DNA of 64,000 nucleotides, from contig OZ024741.1 of NCBI GenBank assembly GCA_964016885.1, positions 44,392,001 to 44,456,000 on the forward strand, written 5' to 3'. Shown here one piece after another: positions 60,800 to 64,000 of this stretch. A model generated the notes under the pieces. The model saw only the letters and a program-made list of their open reading frames with translations. It was not told the DNA's origin and ran no database searches. The position numbers were made by a program, and so were the translations under genes. This stretch comes from Eledone cirrhosa (Eukaryota). Each line of letters starts with the position of its first letter. The first letter of the stretch is position 1.

Positions 60800-62781
60800 T
60801 TACTTACCTTCCGGGTTCTGAAGGTCGGATTGTTCGACCTCCATAGTTGGTGGGGTTTCTTTGGGAACCCCTTTAAAAGTCTTGAAGTGGATTTTACGTT
60901 CGGGTTCCCACGTCCCGAGGAAAGCTGTCTCGTATTTCTTTGAATATATCGAGCGACATTCGCACCAGAACCAAATCTTCCGGCACGCGAAATGTGCTCG
61001 ATTTAAACATTTCCCCCTCTTTTTGTATATTTTCACTTCGTGCTACGAGGGCCATCAGTTCCTTGTTGGCCCTCCTGACGAGCACGAAGTATTGTATGTT
61101 TTGTTGGTGTGATTTTATTTGTTTGCGTGGCTGTGGTGGTGATGGTTTTGGTGGTGTTGTTTCGGTTGTATTTATGCTTGTTGTGAGTGCGGTGTCTGTG
61201 GTTTCAGATGTTTGTGTGTATATTTGTTCTTGCGTCTGTTTAGGTTGTTTGCGTTTGGGGAATTCTGGTTATGGTGATGGTGGTGTTGATGTTGGTGTTA
61301 TTGGAGAGATGTTTGCGTGGGTGGTGTCTGCGTTTTTTTATTGTGGGTAATTTTGTGCTTTGTTGAGTTGTTTTTTTCCTTTTGTGTTTCCTTTTTTGTA
61401 TTTTGGGGGATTTTGGTTTTCCCTCATCTTCACTACTGGTAGATGAGGGCGTCTGTGTCTGTAAGTTTGTCTGTATGTATGTTTATGGTTTTATTGGTGT
61501 GTGTATTTGGGGGGCGAGATTTGACAGCTTTCCTCGTTTCTCCCCTGGGTGGTCAATATTAGTGGTGGTCTTTCTATTGGTGTTGTTGTTGGTGGTTTTG
61601 CCGGTGCTAGTGTTGGTTGTGGTCCTCGCCCCGGCGTCAGCAACAGTGGAGCCTTTCGACCCCTTGCCTCTTTCAGCAGTTGAGGGCAGAAGGCTCGCAA
61701 ATGGCTTTTTTTCCCCACAAACAAAACACTGCGGCCTTTTGCCTTCGGTGATAATGTGAATGACCGTCCCATTCTGAAGGCGGATGTGGTCCGGGATTGT
61801 CTTCACATTCTTGGGTCTGATCTGGAGAAGGATCTCCAGGTCAACCCCGGACCAGTCCTCTCTGGCCGTTCTGGTCACTTCTATAGCGACGGTATCCGTC
61901 CCCTCCACAATCACACATCCCAGAAGCCACCACATGTCAAGTCCTGGTGGGATTCTGGGAATGCGGAGACGGGCTGTTCTTTTTCCTATGTGGGAGGGGT
62001 ACATTATGACCTTGCTGGTTTTGCAAGGAGTCATAGCGTGTTTCATAGCGAGGGCTTCTGACTTGAACAACACCGAAATGGTGCCGTAGTGTCTGCCCCT
62101 CTCTATGTATTCGGTGTCTTCTCTGATGCACCTCAGCGCGACTTCGACATCTTCTTGTGGGATTAAAGCTGCCCTTTTGGTTTGTGCTGAGATGCAACTA
62201 TATTGCACCGTTCTGCGCTCCACTGCCACAATAACTTCTACCGGGACAGTTAAGTTGGCCCAGGTTTTCTCTTGCTTGATGAGCTTCCATTCCTGGGCCA
62301 ACTTTTCATCTTTGTTTGAGAGGTCCATGTTGAAGCATGGCCTCTTTTTTGCTGCTGCCGCAGCGAAAGTGTTCTTCTTGTTTTCCTTGGGGGTGTTGTG
62401 GGCGTTGTCGTTGTTCTTGTTGGTGTTATTGTTAGCAGTGTCGCTGTTATCATTGTTGTCTTTGTTCCCACCGTTGTTCTAGGTGCAGTTGGTATTGTTG
62501 CTGTTGGTGTTGTCGCTATTTGTTTTCATGTTAGTGGTGTTGATATTGTTGTTGTATTTGTTTTTTTTTGTTTTTTTGTTATCTGTATTTTCGTTGTCGC
62601 TGTTACTGTCATTTTTTTCAAAGTTAGAGTTCTCATTGGTATCATTGGTGTCTTTGTTTACATTGTTTGTGGTGGTGTTTGTGTTATCAATGTGTGTTAA
62701 TTTCGCTGTAGCGCTCCTCTCATTTTCCACGTCGTTGTCGCACGACAGCAGACATATCGCTGGGTGGCGTGGCTCAGCCAT
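60800..62781 (-). pseudogene. Tx1-like ORF1 (N/T-rich, CCHC knuckle), frameshifted
   Basis: ATG at 62781. EGKRPQCFVCGEK continues as SHLRAFCP in the adjacent frame. Confidence 0.75.
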
Positions 62782-63039
62782 GTTTTTTTTTCTCCGTAAA
62801 TGTTTTAACATGTAAAGAAATTCAAATATTTGGGCCAAAAGGCCCAAATATTATACATTCTCCTTCACAGGACAAAGTCTAAGGGCTTATATCCCTTACA
62901 CAACAAGAAATATTTAACAGCAAATAATTTTAACCGGCAAATAAAGTGACTTACCGTGAGCGAGCTAAATACGTCCGCTTAGACCAATAATAATAATAAA
63001 TGACCCAACGCACATGGTAAGCAAATGCACAAAAAAACA

Positions 63040-63333
63040 CTAAATATATAAAATATATATATATATACAGACCCATACACATATATATATATGTGTACAT
63101 ACACACACACACATACGCATACATATAAATATACAAGCACACCCCATACATATAAACACAGCACAGACACAAAAGAGTATACACATACAAATACATATAC
63201 ACGCACACATAAATGCATACAACCACATACACACATATAGTATAAACATTTCTTAAAGATAAAAACATAAATATAAAAACTATAAAGTTACATACGCACA
63301 TACGCATAAGTACGTACACACGCACGCACACAC

Positions 63334-63364
<31 letters not shown>

Positions 63365-63765
63365 TTTATATATATATATGTTAATACATATATATATGTA
63401 TACACACATATACACACACATATATATATACACGCACACATATACATGTATATATACATACATACATACACACATATACACACATATATACACACACACA
63501 CATATATATACACACATATATATATATATATATATACATACACAAAATAAAAATAAATGGAAGGAAGGGGTATTCAAATAGTAGGGCATACGACAAATAA
63601 AAAATAAAAAAGAAAAGTATAAATGTTTATAGCTGATTAAGAGCAATCAACAGTTCCTGGAGCAAATAATCAATAAAAGTAAGCATTAAAAATCTCTGTA
63701 TGTAATTATGCATATACATACAAAACCATACACACACACAACCAACTACATACAAATATATATAC

Positions 63766-63804
<39 letters not shown>

Positions 63805-64000
63805 TACATATATATGTATATATATACACACAGTAATATACACACACATAAGTACCAAGGGTTACAACACCACATAAATAAAAATACACACACAGACACA
63901 CATATAAACATACACACACATATAATATATATATACACATACATACACATATATATAAATGTATACATACATATACACATATATATATATACATACACTT
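63040..64000. repeat. Mixed TA/CA low-complexity repeat
   Basis: Microsatellite-derived sequence. Confidence 0.85.

Larger units (their letters stand above)
57115..62985 (-). mobile_element. Near full-length Tx1/L1-clade LINE, decayed
   Basis: ORF1 and ORF2 remnants; AATAAA and ATT tail at ~57115-57137; (ATT)n at the 5' flank. Confidence 0.9.

Overview
AT-rich, microsatellite-saturated eukaryotic DNA with no recognisable host gene and one 200-N gap (29856-30055). The tRNA-headed SINE resembles the abundant Octopus SINE as I remember it, so a cephalopod origin is likely (inference). The window is almost entirely mobile elements. It holds Penelope-like retroelement (PLE) fragments with a CxCx5C linker and GIY-YIG nuclease, and more than ten short (TA)n-flanked segments carrying minimal type I hammerhead ribozyme motifs. 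It also holds two related APE-RT LINEs with CCCH-finger ORF1s (one with an uninterrupted 1006-codon ORF2), a near full-length decayed Tx1/L1-clade LINE, R4/Dong and RTE fragments, a deleted Helitron and SINEs. The most notable signal is that both CCCH-ORF1 LINEs lack an AUG before the ORF2 endonuclease and carry T-TTT-TTA in the ORF1/ORF2 overlap, suggesting programmed ribosomal frameshifting. Also notable are the dense, diverse hammerheads (including a ~530-bp retrozyme-like repeat) and splice-like signals flanking the Tx1 ORF1. All calls were made by eye and coordinates of decayed elements are approximate.
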